Part shown: piece after piece, positions 25,071-37,997 of the stretch
Numbering within the stretch: the stretch's first letter is position 1
Layout: the number at the start of each line of letters is the position of its first letter
Assembly (NCBI GenBank): GCA_002633005.1
Contig: NMRA01000088.1
Span: 554,186-618,185, forward strand
Source: Phoronis australis
Taxonomy: Eukaryota > Animalia > Phoronida
Reading direction: 5' to 3'
Length of the DNA stretch: 64,000 bases
Notes under the pieces: generated by a model
Seen by the model: the letters and a program-made list of their open reading frames with translations, nothing else
Database searches by the model: none
Told to the model about the DNA's origin: nothing
Translations under genes and position numbers: made by a program

Positions 25071-26741
25071 TGTAATGTCAGGGATAGTTTAAATGAAACA
25101 AATTTAAAATTGATTTTGCACTCGAAATTTCAATTAAGTGAATTTTTGGTTCTTTTTGGACCACCAGGAACAAAAGCCCAGGATTGTACAACTTATGACG
25201 CCTCTTTCCTTCAATGGTACATGTAGGTGATTTACAATTATAGAATTACGCACTCAAACCTTCTGCACTCAAAAGTGTGAACACGGTGTTCACCGCGAAA
25301 CTGTTTGCTTTCACGGACACGCCTACACATCTGTCACTTATCTAACATCGTTGATGTTGGCTGTTCTACGTTCTGGCAAAGATGTTTTTCCCTTGACCTG
25401 AATAGGTCAAACCAGTGCAAGTAGCGTCACTTTCTGATAGGATCCAATTAACCGAAAGTTAGAGATGACTGTAATGTCGGAGTATCATCTGAAGGTGACA
25501 CAAGTTTAAAAGAGGCATGGTGTAACTATAACTTCTTTGGTCGTGGTTTGAGATCAACCGCTAAGCGATCTATAGGCTGACAACATCCCCCCCACACGGA
25601 CCGTACGGGTGTTCTCATTAACAGCGACCTTTTCTCCAGTAGTATTTTTTCTTTAAAAGTATACTAAACTCTGTTTTCGTGATTTCAACCTATCTTCGTT
25701 CTGCCACCTGCCAATGCATCGTTGGCGTACTACTTGAGAAGAAGTGTGATTCAACCAAAAAACTCATACTCTCTGTGTCACAAATAGGAAATTACGATTC
25801 TTGGTAGGTGGTGTTTACCTACATTTCTTGTGTAAATCGCCTACGCTTGCCCGTTTAGTAGACTTCGTATGGAATTTACAAACTTTGCTCCAACCATTTA
25901 AGGGTTGTCAGGGTTAAAGCGCAGTACTTGACATCTGTTAATAGGCCAGGACGGGATTTCGTGCCCTTTTAATCACGTGCTATGCGTTCTTTAATCACAT
26001 ACAGTGCCTCTTTTCGTGTGCGTTGCCATTCTATTATCACGAATGCATCTTTTTATTTTTTTCTTTCTGACAGATGTCACGAGTGAACTCAGGTAAGATA
26101 GCTGTAAGAGCTTTAAACGGTTTCCCGAACACTTACACCTGGACATTTTATTTTGACGTTTTAAACTTCATTCACAGGTGTCTTCTTAGTTGTAACTAGC
26201 GAAGTTGAATATCCGGTAAACTGACAACAGTGCGAGAGCGCTCGGAGGAGCGACACTTGGCGAAGTTAACCGAAAAGACGACGATGGTTATTGTGATGAT
26301 GAAGGTGGCGATGATGAACAACATCATAACATTCATGTGACGAACTTAGATGTCATAAATTAGTAAGAAATAAGCTACAGTCTTGTTCATATAAACTAAA
26401 CCAACATCAATGCAGTAAGAGCGCGCAACAATGGAACAGCGCTATCAGAAAATCTCAAATAATTCAAAAAGTAGACGTCCTAGCGAAGAATAGAAAAAAT
26501 CTTCTGAAAGCCCGTTCCAAACTCTATCTAAATTGATAGTTTCGCAACATTCCAAAATTCTTTCGAAAAATTTGAAATTTTGCATTTTTTTAAAGAAATT
26601 CAAAGTCAAATAACTCGAAAACGGTAAGTCTGAGGAAAACGTTATCGCAGAAGTTTTGAAAGAGCATACTTCAAGGAATCCACATGCAAAAATTCACGTC
26701 ATTTGTTCGAAGGAAAGACTGTTTGAGGGAAGGGTTGTGAT

Positions 26742-26902
26742 CAGGGGCGGATCCATTATTTTGAGTTAGGTGGGAGGGGGGCAGAGCAGAGTATTGGTCA
26801 GAATTTTGCCCGTCAGACATTCGCACCCCCGAACACTTAAATGAAATCTGGGAGAATTTTAAGGGGGCATGGTCCTCTTGGCCCCCTCTAAATCTGCCAC
26901 TG
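26742..26902 (+). mobile_element. MITE family M1 copy
   Basis: Exact 5-bp TSD gtgat/gtgat. Confidence 0.9.
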
Positions 26903-27690
26903 GTGATATTTGTAAGCAAAACGTACATGTATGATAAAGTAGGATCTGTTAGGCAAGTAGCAGGGTAGCGTAGGACAACAGCGGACCTCACCCCATGTCA
27001 TAATCAAGGCTATAGAAAGGTACCAATTCAACAGACAAATTCAACTTCGCCAAACTCTGCCCCCCGTCCGGTCAACAATCCCCCCCTGGCCTCCTACAGG
27101 CCCTTCCCAACAGAGGCCGAACATAATTTTCTCTAAAGTTAACAAGCCATTGGCACCTTTCATTTCTTTTTTCAAGTGCTTTCAGTGATGTTTTCTTGGA
27201 AGTTGCCTTGGTAACGAACTGTGTTTCAAAGGTTACTGGATGAAACGTACACCAACAAAATTTTATGCCATTAAGATTTAAACGTAAATGTTGTTTTTAA
27301 TGACTTAGACCAAAAACAATGTAACCGTGGTTACGCTTTCCGCTTCCTTTTCATAAAAAATCAGTTCACGCAAACTACATTACCTTTACCAAAACGCAAT
27401 CCCAAACGACGTCACTTGAGCATGACATCATTCTTATACAGACAGAACATACAGTGTAGTACAGAAATTTTCGTAAGGAATTTGATTTTCCAGGCCCCTG
27501 AAAACACTGAAAAAATAATCACGTTATGCTCACAAAGACATTTTTTATTTCTGATCAGATGTAGGATCAGAAACTAGTAATTTAGGCTAAAGAATTTTAA
27601 AGATTCTGTTGGTCTGTCTGCCACGAAGGACTTACGCAGATGCAGATTACTGTATACATCTTTCTCCGCAATAAAAAACGGGTTTCTCAG

Positions 27691-28642
27691 CATAGGCGGA
27701 TTTGGGGGGGGCAGGGGGTCCGCCACCCCCCCCCCCCCGGCTGCCGCAAAAAAAATAAAACAGCAAGAGCGTAGGGAAGTGTTGAGTTTATTAATTAACC
27801 CCGGCAATTAAATTTATACGGCTGAAACAAGATTTAAATGTGTGCAGTTTTAATGGTTGGGGGGGGGCTCATATCCAATTTCAAATGTCAAATTCGGAAC
27901 ACGGCGCAATCGTAACGGAACTAGGGATAAGTATAGGCTCTCCCGCGATATCGACTCCGTTTCCGTCGTCTGCTCCACTGTGGAATGAAGAAAATTACTT
28001 CATTTTTTAAAGAAAATGGAATCTGAGTGATAGTGAAAAAACAGATGCTGCTGGTAAGATGTCGATTTTAATCGAAGCCTTAGTGAATCACTCAGAAACT
28101 CATGATTCTCTCTTTGTCACACCTCAACTTAAGACGATTTCCAAAGCAATCGTGTCATTATTGCCAACACAAAAAACGGATTTGGTCTTTTGGGCAATTG
28201 AAGACTATTTTAAATACAACAAATTTGTTACGAACTGATTGCACAAAATATAAAACATGTTATAAGCATTACAAAAAGAAGGAGGTTTCGCGCGCAAACG
28301 CTGTAGACCATAAACAAGTAGGTCTCTTAGTATCAAATTGGGAGTTAAATCGTGGTGATACAGTGGTAAAGCACGCGCGTTCTGTCCGCTAGGTAGTGAG
28401 TTGAGTCTGTGGTACTTCCAGTTTTTCCTGGTTGACACCTTCTTCTTCTTCTTTTTTGCCTTTTTTCTTGGATAATACTTCGGAAATCAAGGAAAAGGCT
28501 TGATTTTTAGAGGAAAAAACATAAAAATTTCCTGGGCGGGAGGGGGGTTTCCCCCCATTCGGTGCTATGCGCATCTACAATTGTGCAAATGTTTACAGAC
28601 GAAAAAATTGGCCCCCCTTGTGATATTCTTGATCCGCCACTT
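27691..28642 (+). mobile_element. ~950-bp non-autonomous DNA transposon, family M2, with an internal tRNA-like segment
   Basis: Ends cataggcggat...atccgccactt with exact 5-bp TSD ctcag/ctcag; highly similar to 33229-34198 in inverted orientation. Confidence 0.9.
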
Positions 28643-31138
28643 CTCAGTTTGTGAATGGCTGATGCTGCGTTTTACTGCGCCCTCAACTGCCTCACTCCAT
28701 AACTTCGAATAAGAACAACTTTATTCAGTTGAAAGTACTTAAGAATTATTTTTTCTCCTCAGCTTAGGTTCAACCGACTAAGATACTGTAAATAGACTGT
28801 GGTCTGTGAGGAAAAGGGAGTGTTTCTAAGAAAAAACTCCGGTGTGCGAGAAAAGACATTCATATTACGAGAAATAAAATGCATCAACCATAAAAGCACC
28901 CTGTTAATGAAAACGTCCATCAGGGAGTAAGTATTGACAAGCAATCTCAGTATCGTGTTTCAGAGAATTGCTTCATAATTCAGGCTACCTGAATAACGCA
29001 CTCATGAACACGACTCGCAGACCAGTAAACCCAACTTACTGGCTCACAAACACGTTCTCGGTCTCGCAAAACACGGCTTACGGACCCCAAAACACAGCTC
29101 CTTGACTCACATGACTATAAGAACCACCTGCATGATTCCACGGTGAGTCCGTGAGCCGTTTTTGCGGTTCAGAAGTCGTGTTTTGTGGGTACGCGGTGGT
29201 GTTCGTGAGTTTACGGGATCGTAGGTCTTTTTAATGAGTTCATAAGCCATGTTGTCCGAGTAACATGTTGGATTCATCAGGAACCCGTCGCAATATGTCC
29301 TCAAACATCTTCATTAGTTTCTAATCATGGTGCCTCCTAGCCTCATTCCGGCCGCCAAGCACGCAGTCGGTTTCATGCAATTTTTAAAATCATTACTTGT
29401 TATACTGTCATTTATCCGAAAATTTCCGTTTCCTTATTTGGAAATTCCTAAGTTGACTAGCCTGCTGCGTTGTTCTGTATGATATATGTCAGTGTTGCAC
29501 ATTCAGTACACCAACGTAGCATACGGGGAGTGCGGTACTGTAAGGGTGCCGCCATTAACAAACGGCATCAATGAGGTGTTAAAATTAATGGTCAGTTATT
29601 TTGATGTAATAATCACTGTATATTAGGAACACCCCAGTGTTTAAGTAGCCCCAAATTCACTCGGGTATTTTCGTAGCCTCAATATTCTCTATGAGGTGAA
29701 CGTTATCTACTCATACAGAATGGTGAATGTTGACCGAGACCATTTTGTACCGCTGACGTCACACGCATGGCGGTGCCCCTAGTGGAGGTCATGAGAATTC
29801 ATGAACCGAGTTCATGAACCAGGAAGTGAAAGCCAGGCAACAGAGTCTAGCTGACAAGCGAACTGATTTGTATTGTAGGACGTTGAGTCATTGTTTTTTT
29901 TTAGAAAGATAATGTCCGAAAAGGAACGATATGTAATATCAGCTCCACATATATAATTGTAATTCTAATATACGTCACGATTACCAGTCATCAGTCAGGA
30001 GATGTCAAGCGGTGGCTATCTGACCTGAACCCGCATATACACTACGACCGGAATGTTTTCGAGAAACTTTTTTAAATAGTTGCGTATATGCCAGTGACGC
30101 ACAGAATACTACTTACTATATCAAGTTCTAAGCTTTTTCGCACCAATTAATCAAAACATTTGATGTCAAATAAGAAAATCAGGCAAGAATAGCCTACTAA
30201 AAAAGCGCTGTAGGATTTGGAAAAAATGTGAACATGGCTGTGTATTTGTAATTCATAAAAAACTTTCTTTGAAATAATATTTTGACTAATCTTGATATTT
30301 TGTATTGAAACGGATGATAATCAGAATATTACGATCAGGCTTTGAACTCACTTCACAAGAGTAGGTCAATTAGGATACTTGTGCCCAGTTTGTTTACACA
30401 ACTGTAACTCGACCCAGGGTGATGGAACTATTTTGTGGACATGAAGGCGTAGCTTTGCCAAGAAAGTGAGTCGATTTTGACCAAAAACATACCGTGGTGG
30501 TCGACATAAGCTAATTTATGATTAATTTTCAAAATTAAAGAGAAACGATTGAAATTACCGAATCGGCTCAGATGCATTCCTGCCGTAAATCAAACGGGAA
30601 GCTGAAACGTAATCACAACTGCTGCATACTTGTAATGTGTCCATCTACAGTATTACGTGAGTACATGTATTACTTGGGTGCAGAACCAGTGTCGTCACAC
30701 TCGGGGCAGACCCATAGATGCTCGGCTTTCCACGTCATCAAGTCAGACAAGGTCCTTTGACTAACCACTCCAACCAACTGCTGATTGCTCATTCGTCTTG
30801 CCGGCCATGCAACCGACTATCAGCACCACAGCCTCTCTCATATCCAAACAGCTGCATTCTGTCAATTGCATCTCCATTGAAAGATGACATTGCACAATAC
30901 AAAAACGAACATTCACTTACTGTCGTTTGTCCAACTGTACAGCAATGTGTCACGAAAAACGAAATAATGATCTATTTTAAATTCTTTACAAATTGGCCTC
31001 AACAAATTGAATTATTTTCACGCGGGCCCTCTATCGGTTGATGGAAAAGCGTTTTATGATGAATAACAATCAAACTTGAGCTTCCATGGAATCGACAATA
31101 AATCTAAATTGAACGTTCAGCACAAAAACGACGGTCTG

Positions 31139-31298
31139 CAGGGGCGGATGCAGGATTTTGAGTTCGGGAGGGGGGCAGAACAGAGTATTAGGCAGGATTT
31201 TGCCCGTCAGACATTCGCGTCCCCGAACTGGCAATGTAATCTAGGAGCATTTTGGGGGGACGGGATGGTCCCCTTGGCCCCCTCTAAATCCTCCACTG
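31139..31298 (+). mobile_element. MITE family M1 copy
   Basis: TSD gtctg/gtctc (4 of 5). Confidence 0.9.
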
Positions 31299-32084
31299 GT
31301 CTCTACTGTAGCTTTTCTACTGGCTGAAAAGAATGTACCCTTATTCTGGCCTCCACCGAGCAGTCGGCTTCGTGTAAACCGACACTACAGTCCGTTTACT
31401 GGCTGTTGTCTCCCTTCTTTGCAAGTCACTTGAGTTGACTAGACTGACAAGTGTCGCGACTTTCGCATTCTTGAAAATGTTATAAGGAATACATAAAACA
31501 CGTGTTTGTCATTATTATGTAGATAATGAACTATCCTAAGGATTCTATGAGGAGCACAACAAGAAGAAGAGTGTAGGATAAGGTTTGCTTCACCGCTGCG
31601 CATGTACGCATGTACATGTACTGGGAATTGTTGACACCATCGGAGTATATGTGACGAGTGAACTTATAGGGGCATTGTCCTTGCCGGGCGGACATCAACG
31701 TGTAATTAAATGTAAACACTTCTACTGAATACCCTCGGAGCCGTCTTATCGCTGCCAGGAACTAGTGCATACACTGTATGTAGCTGAATTGCTGTCGGCT
31801 GATCACACGATTTCCCCTCCAAAGATAAATTAAATGGAAAATAAATCTGAAACTAAACGAGGTGTTCCATATCATCTGAAGCGTACGAAAGTAGAATATT
31901 TATGAAAATAAAACAACAATAATGGACCAACTGAATTTTTCTGATATAATCACATCCTTTCCAACCGAAACAGACATAACATAGAACCGAAAACGGTATG
32001 ACAAATGACATATGATATGTGGCGTAATGACAGTGTTAGGCTGCTGTGGGAAAAACGAAAAGGAAGATATTATTTAAGAAGTCT

Positions 32085-32453
32085 TTAGGTTTAATCAATT
32101 GCGTTCAAGTGCGTTAAGTTTATCTTTCCAAAATTGTTCTCTTTTGAGCCTGTGAGGGTATTGGGGTAGTGGAGTTTTTCTATTATTTGTACAGAAAGAT
32201 CTTGTAGATTACGTTTTTTTGGAATTGATGATTACCTATTGTGTCAGATGTTCTTATGAACTATGTTAAATCTTTGATTGCGAAACTGAATTTGGAAATT
32301 ATATCGAGTTTGTCCTACGTATTTAAAGGAACATTTCTTACGGGTTATCAGGTAAATAATATTAGTGGTGGTGCAGTCAGAACAATACTTGATTTCGAAA
32401 TTTTCATTGGTTTGAAATGACTGGAAGAAAGTATTGTCGATAAAATCTTCCAC
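32085..32453 (-). mobile_element. Penelope-like GIY-YIG endonuclease remnant
   Basis: CSDCTTTNIIYLITRKKCSFKYVGQTR (NxIYxIxCxxC..YVGQT), followed by LSVQIIE and REQFW..KL..L with stops. Confidence 0.88.
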
Positions 32454-33228
32454 TACTCGCTAGAAACATTCACGCAGGTGGTCGGCATCAGAAGGTTATG
32501 TCCACATTTCACCCTGAACTTCACCGTGTTCACACTACGCTGTCCTGTGAACAGGATGTAGTTTAGTTCATTGCAAGTGTAGGGGTGATCACATTATATT
32601 CAGCAAAGGTTGTATAAGGATCTTTACGGCGTTCGCCATTTCGCAAAAAAAAATCGTTCCAGGGAAGGGGTTCGACACAGTCTCCGTAATAATGCAGGCC
32701 AACATCAAATTTGTCTTGTCAAAGGAACACAACATGAGAATATCGTTTACTACGCATAGAACGTTAGAGTCAATATAAAATTTGAATTGAACGTTGTGAC
32801 TAACGCATTATTAGTATTCGAAATTGGACATTTATCTGTTGGCTTCCTTGTTATGAAGACCTTATCGACATGTCTGTGTATTAAGATAAATACCTAAAAA
32901 AACTCATAGATTTTAACCCAGTAAAAGTGGATTTTTGCATTTTAACATTTTGTCATTAATTGGGTCATGTGACCGTGTTTTTTGGTAAAATTTAGCAAAA
33001 TAACGGTATCAACACCAACATAACCAAATCTCATTTTATGTAAATCTTCAAGATGAAATCTCAAAACAAGGCTGCCACAGTTTTCTAAATTATCGTTTCG
33101 TTTCCGTTTATTCAAATTTTGATTTATTTTTCTTGAAAGTCCTTACGTTTAACAGCCCCTCGTGCAAACAGATGAGCATTCGAAAACAATTCCTAACAGC
33201 TTATTGGAGAATGGGCACGGTGTATGTA

Positions 33229-34198
33229 CATTGGCGGATCTAGGATATCACAAGGGGGGCCCAACATTTTGTCCGGCTGTAAGCATTTGCGCTAACTGAA
33301 CCACGATTGTAGATGCGCATAGCACCGAATGGGGGGAGGTCGGAGGGGGGTTTGCCTCCCTCCCGCCCAGGAATTTTTTCTGTTTTTACCTCTAAAAATC
33401 AAGCATTTTGCTTGACTCCTGAAGTATTATCCAAGAAAAAAGGCAAAGAAAAGAAAAAAAAGAGACAGTGTCAAACACGCAGGTCTCAAAGACTCGAACT
33501 CACGACCTCGAGATTAGTGCATGAGCACGTTGCCACTGCGCCACCACGATTTAACTACTAGTCTTATGCTAAAAGACCTACTTGTTTATGGTCCACAGCG
33601 TTTACGCGCGAAACCTACTTCTTTTGTAATGCTTATTACACGTTTTATGTTTTCTGCCATCGATTCTTAACAAATTTGTCGTATTTAAAATAGTCTTCAA
33701 ATGCCAAAAAGACCAAATCCGTTTTCCGTGTTGGCAATAATGACATGATTGCTTTGCGGGGAAATCGTCTTAAGATAAGGTTTGGCGAAGAGAGTATTGC
33801 GAGTTTCTGAGTGATTCACTAAGGCTTCGATTAAAATTCACATCTTACCAGCAGCTTCTGTTTTTTCATCGTCACTCAGGTTCCATTTTCTTTAAAAAAT
33901 GAAGTAAATTTCCTTCATTTTACAGTGGAGCAGACGACGGAAACGGAGTCGTAGTACGCAGCGCCACTGCCGGTCGCCTGGGATATCGCGGGAGAGCCTA
34001 TACTTAGTCATAGTTCCGTTACGAATGCGTCGTGTTCCGAATTTGACACTTGAAATTGGATTTGAGCCCCCCCTCAACACTAAAACTGCACACATTTAAA
34101 TCTTTTTTCATCCGTATAATTTTAATTACCGGGGTTAATTAATAAACTCAACATTTCCCTGCGCTCTTACTGTTTTATTTTTTTTGCGGCAGCCTATG
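33229..34198 (-). mobile_element. Family M2 copy nested in an older TTAA-ended element
   Basis: Ends cattggcggat...gcctatg with exact 5-bp TSD atgta (33224-33228 and 34199-34203). Confidence 0.9.
33480..33550 (-). pseudogene. tRNA-derived segment (Pol III A and B boxes) inside M2
   Basis: Minus strand reads gtggTGGCGCAGTGGcaacgtgc...ggtcgtgaGTTCGAGTC with tRNA-like spacing and T-runs downstream. Stems are degraded. A more decayed homolog lies at 28349-28415 (+). Confidence 0.65.
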
Positions 34199-37100
34199 AT
34201 GTAGCAGACCATCTGAAAGTTTCATAGCGTATAAATTTAATCAGCCGTCTCTGAGATACGATATTCCGAAATTGGCCAAATCTGGAATTCTTCTACAGTT
34301 CCGCATAACCTTAAAGCGGGTTATAATAATATAATTTGGCAGTGATAACATATGTTTTTGTTGGTTTTATAAACCCATAACATATGCCCATACAGCAAAT
34401 AGGCCTGAACAGTAGATTTATAATACACAGTTTTTCACCAGACTAACATGATCGCTTTATGGAAATCGGTAACAATTATCGATTTAAAGATGCTATGTCT
34501 CATTAAATTGTGAATATGCAAATGTGGTACTAGCTTACAAATAACCCGGGTCTCCCGGTGATTCGGAAACCATCCGAGAACCTTTTACAACTACAATCTC
34601 GCGAAAGTCTCGTTTTGCGAGACTTTTTATGTAAATGAGAATGGTATTATGTCATCGTTACCCTAATAAAAACAAGGAACAATTTTTTTATTTGTTAATT
34701 TCACTATCAAATAACGATTGCTTAATAGTTGTAACTACTAGAGTTTTCTTTTGGTTCACACTTCTATTAATTGTATCAGTTTTGGTGTTTTCTTTGAAAC
34801 AGCATTTTATTTACAAATCGTTTATTTGCTTGTGTGTTCAATGTGGGTATGCGCAGCCACAACTTCTTATTCTACATGCAAATTCTACGCGTGGGAACCG
34901 AAAAAGCACATTTTATGCACAGAAAGCACTCCTTGACGTCAATAATCACGTGATTCTACAGCTGACGTCTACATCAAATTTGAACACCGACGGTAGGAAA
35001 ATTTGTAAAAAAACACTGCAAAACTTCCTATGGCACGCTGAGAGGTTGAGAAATTGCGCGTGGAAGATTCCACATTTAATGTCGTGCTGGATAAGTTCAA
35101 ATCAGACCTAAATGCACCTGTTTCTTCCAGTCCCCAGTAAATTGAAGTCTCGCAAACTATCGCGACGAATTGTCACATATTTTTTCGAATCGCATGGTTT
35201 CACGCTTTCGACCTTATCTAAAATGATTAAAACACCCAGTCACCCTTCCCTGCACGTGATTAGTGCATGCAGGTTCGTCAGGGCACTTCCTTAGAACCCC
35301 CGCCATCGAGGTACACCAGTACCCCCTGCTCATTAGTCTAAAAACGTGATATGTTATGTCCACAAAACTAATGCGCGCCATTAAAATTACGGCAATAACC
35401 GTTTGAATGGTATAATGGTATGTTTAAACTTTTAATGAACGTAAAATTCAACTGAGATCATGGCTATTCAGTCACTTGAGTCTTTACAAAAGCTTAGTCA
35501 GTTCTATGAAAATCGTCACATTCTGTCAAACAAATTAAATATGGCGTAAATGTGCACGAGTGTCGCACGATTTCTTCACACTATGGGCAAAAAGGTCCGC
35601 CTCACAGAAACAAAAATTCCGAAAATAATAGAAAATGATACATAATTCCACTAAAAAGGCAAGAACTATCAAAATTCGGCAAATGCATAATTTACAGCTC
35701 TGAACGTACCCCGTGAATCTTAATAAAAGGTTCACATTCTCAAAAATTCCAGCCGCTCAAATTTTAGGCTGAGTGCGAGCATGATTTACATGTGGCCTCG
35801 GCTCCTGGGCCGAATGTCCGATACTGCGCCCTCCTGTGGCTGGATGCATGAAACAGTCCCAATAGGGACTTGGTTATGTTCCCTAAGTTTTCAGCGTATT
35901 TGTACACTTTGTTTACTCACTATCATGTTTTCCATCACATTGTCTTTACATGTTTTGTGAGCTCCTACTTTGTAGTTATGTATCTGAAAACCAAGACCTT
36001 ATTTCAATGAGAGCTGCATTGGTGCAAGTTGGTAAATGACGATTATTTGATTGTGCGTAACGCCGGACAGGGTGAGTGGCAGTCAATATACAAAAACGGT
36101 CAGACTGGGCGTTCGTTAGCGGCATAAGTTACACGTTGAATTGACTTGTGGCCGCCCGCACGTTGACAGTTCAAACTCATTGTTCTAGATTATTACGACC
36201 GTGTTCAATCACGAGACCCGCAGGGAATTGATCAATGATTTTTCTTCGCAGGCGTGAGGTATAGTCGGTTAAAACAAAAATACCGTTCACTTAAAAATGT
36301 GCGCACAATTATTTGCAAACATAATTGAATTGAGAAGAGAATCCAGTTATTCGTTTATCGATTTGACCATCGGCGTAATATTTACACATTTTTCAAACAG
36401 CTTGATAACACGGTACGTTCTCTGAATCTCATCTCCATAGCAAATGAAGTGAGGCAAAAATTGTTACGTACCTATATTTCACTGCGTTGATTTTGAAAAA
36501 AAGTTCAAATTTAAATCTTAAATAGTTTTCCAAAAGTATCCTCGTAACTTTGCATACCAAGGAGACATTCAGAAAAGACAATTTAATAAGTTCTTGATGA
36601 CGTACGCGTGTTGTCGGAGTGAAAGAGAAATTTAACCAACTGAAACCCATTTGAATAGGCCTACGCTTGTTATACCCAATTCTAAAGAATTCGAACGGGA
36701 GTAGAGTTCAGTTATTCAAGGACCTTGCTAAAAAGCAAGACTTCCTGTCAACTGTCACATAAGTTAAGATTACCCGCATTACTTTATACCTTTTGGAATC
36801 CCAATATTTTTGTTTTGTTAAAAATACAAAATGTCATAAAAAATGTTCCTCTGGTCAACTACATAGAAATTCAAATACAAGACCGTTCACACGCAAAATC
36901 AACCTCTTGAAAATGAGTAGAGTTATTTAAATAACAAATGCATACAGGTATGAAATGTATTTCAATGTTTCATTTGACCCACAAAATGTTGCAATAAAGG
37001 GTTTTGAATGGTTTTCATACCTACTGGACATACTGATCAACAGAAAAATTCAAACAAATGGGATTGCTGGAAATTTCCAAGTTGGCCACTGCGAACGTTC

Positions 37101-37839
37101 CGAAATCACTAAAACAGATAGAATTTCTTCAATAATTATGAGAGAAACATAATTTTAGTACACAGGTCAAGGTTTTAAAGGGTAAACAACCCTCTGCTAT
37201 CTGCTATGACCAGTATTTGACACAAAATTTAAGATGACGCTGTACCGTCGTTATTTGAAACAAAACCCATGACTAGTCTTCCTGCAAGGAGATCACTTGC
37301 TGAGTCCTATATCGCTCGTTTCTTACTCTCAGTTTTGCTTATTTCAAACCTTTGTTACATAAGTGTGGGTGATTTTGTAGTGCGTTTCATAACTTGAGAG
37401 TTACATAGGGCACAAAATAAAGTCTGGGAACTTTCCTCTTTATCTTGTGTTGCCAACAAACACGGATTATTAATTAAACTAATTAGGTTACAGATTAATG
37501 TCGAGGACTTACAAGGTCTGCCTTGTATCCCGTTGGCACCATAGCGTCTAGATGTTTTGGGAAACACATATCTATTTTTAAAAGTAGTGTTATATCGTTT
37601 ATAGGGATTTTTGCACGAGTCGTAACAACACGTGCAACGCAATTATTAATATGCTCATAAGCAATTGAAATCGAAATTTCATTTTAGAAAAGGTTTGACC
37701 ACCCAACAAGCCAAAATAGGAATTTCGGGATACCTCAAACATCACCTTATTCTGAATTTCATAAAGGAGCATATTTAGAGCAAGAATAACTTGTATAGAA
37801 ACTCTCAGGCGTCAATCTGTGTGACTTGTCGACGTTGTG

Positions 37840-37997
37840 CAGTGGCCGGTTTACAGGGGGGGAGGCAAGGGAGCCTGCTCTCCCCTAAAATTCTCCCAGA
37901 TTCCATTTGGCAGTTTGGGGTTGCGAAAGTGTGACGGACGAAGTCCTGGCTAATCCTTTGCCCTGCCCCTCAACTCAAAATCCTGGATCCGCCCCTG
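37840..37997 (-). mobile_element. MITE family M1 copy
   Basis: TSD ttgtg/tcgtg (4 of 5). Confidence 0.9.

Larger units (their letters stand above)
32600..34314 (+). mobile_element. Older TTAA-ended non-autonomous element hosting the M2 copy
   Basis: 32870-33220 plus 34200-34314 is colinear with 49060-49537 (aacggtatcaaca, atctcaaaac, ctgagatayga..ttccgaa) and ends cataacc-ttaa. Left end approximate. Confidence 0.6.

Noticed and set aside
34635-35111. 158-aa hydrophobic ORF
   Set aside because: T-rich sequence within what looks like an inverted-repeat element (gtctcg..cgaga words at both sides); no domain motif or exon structure.
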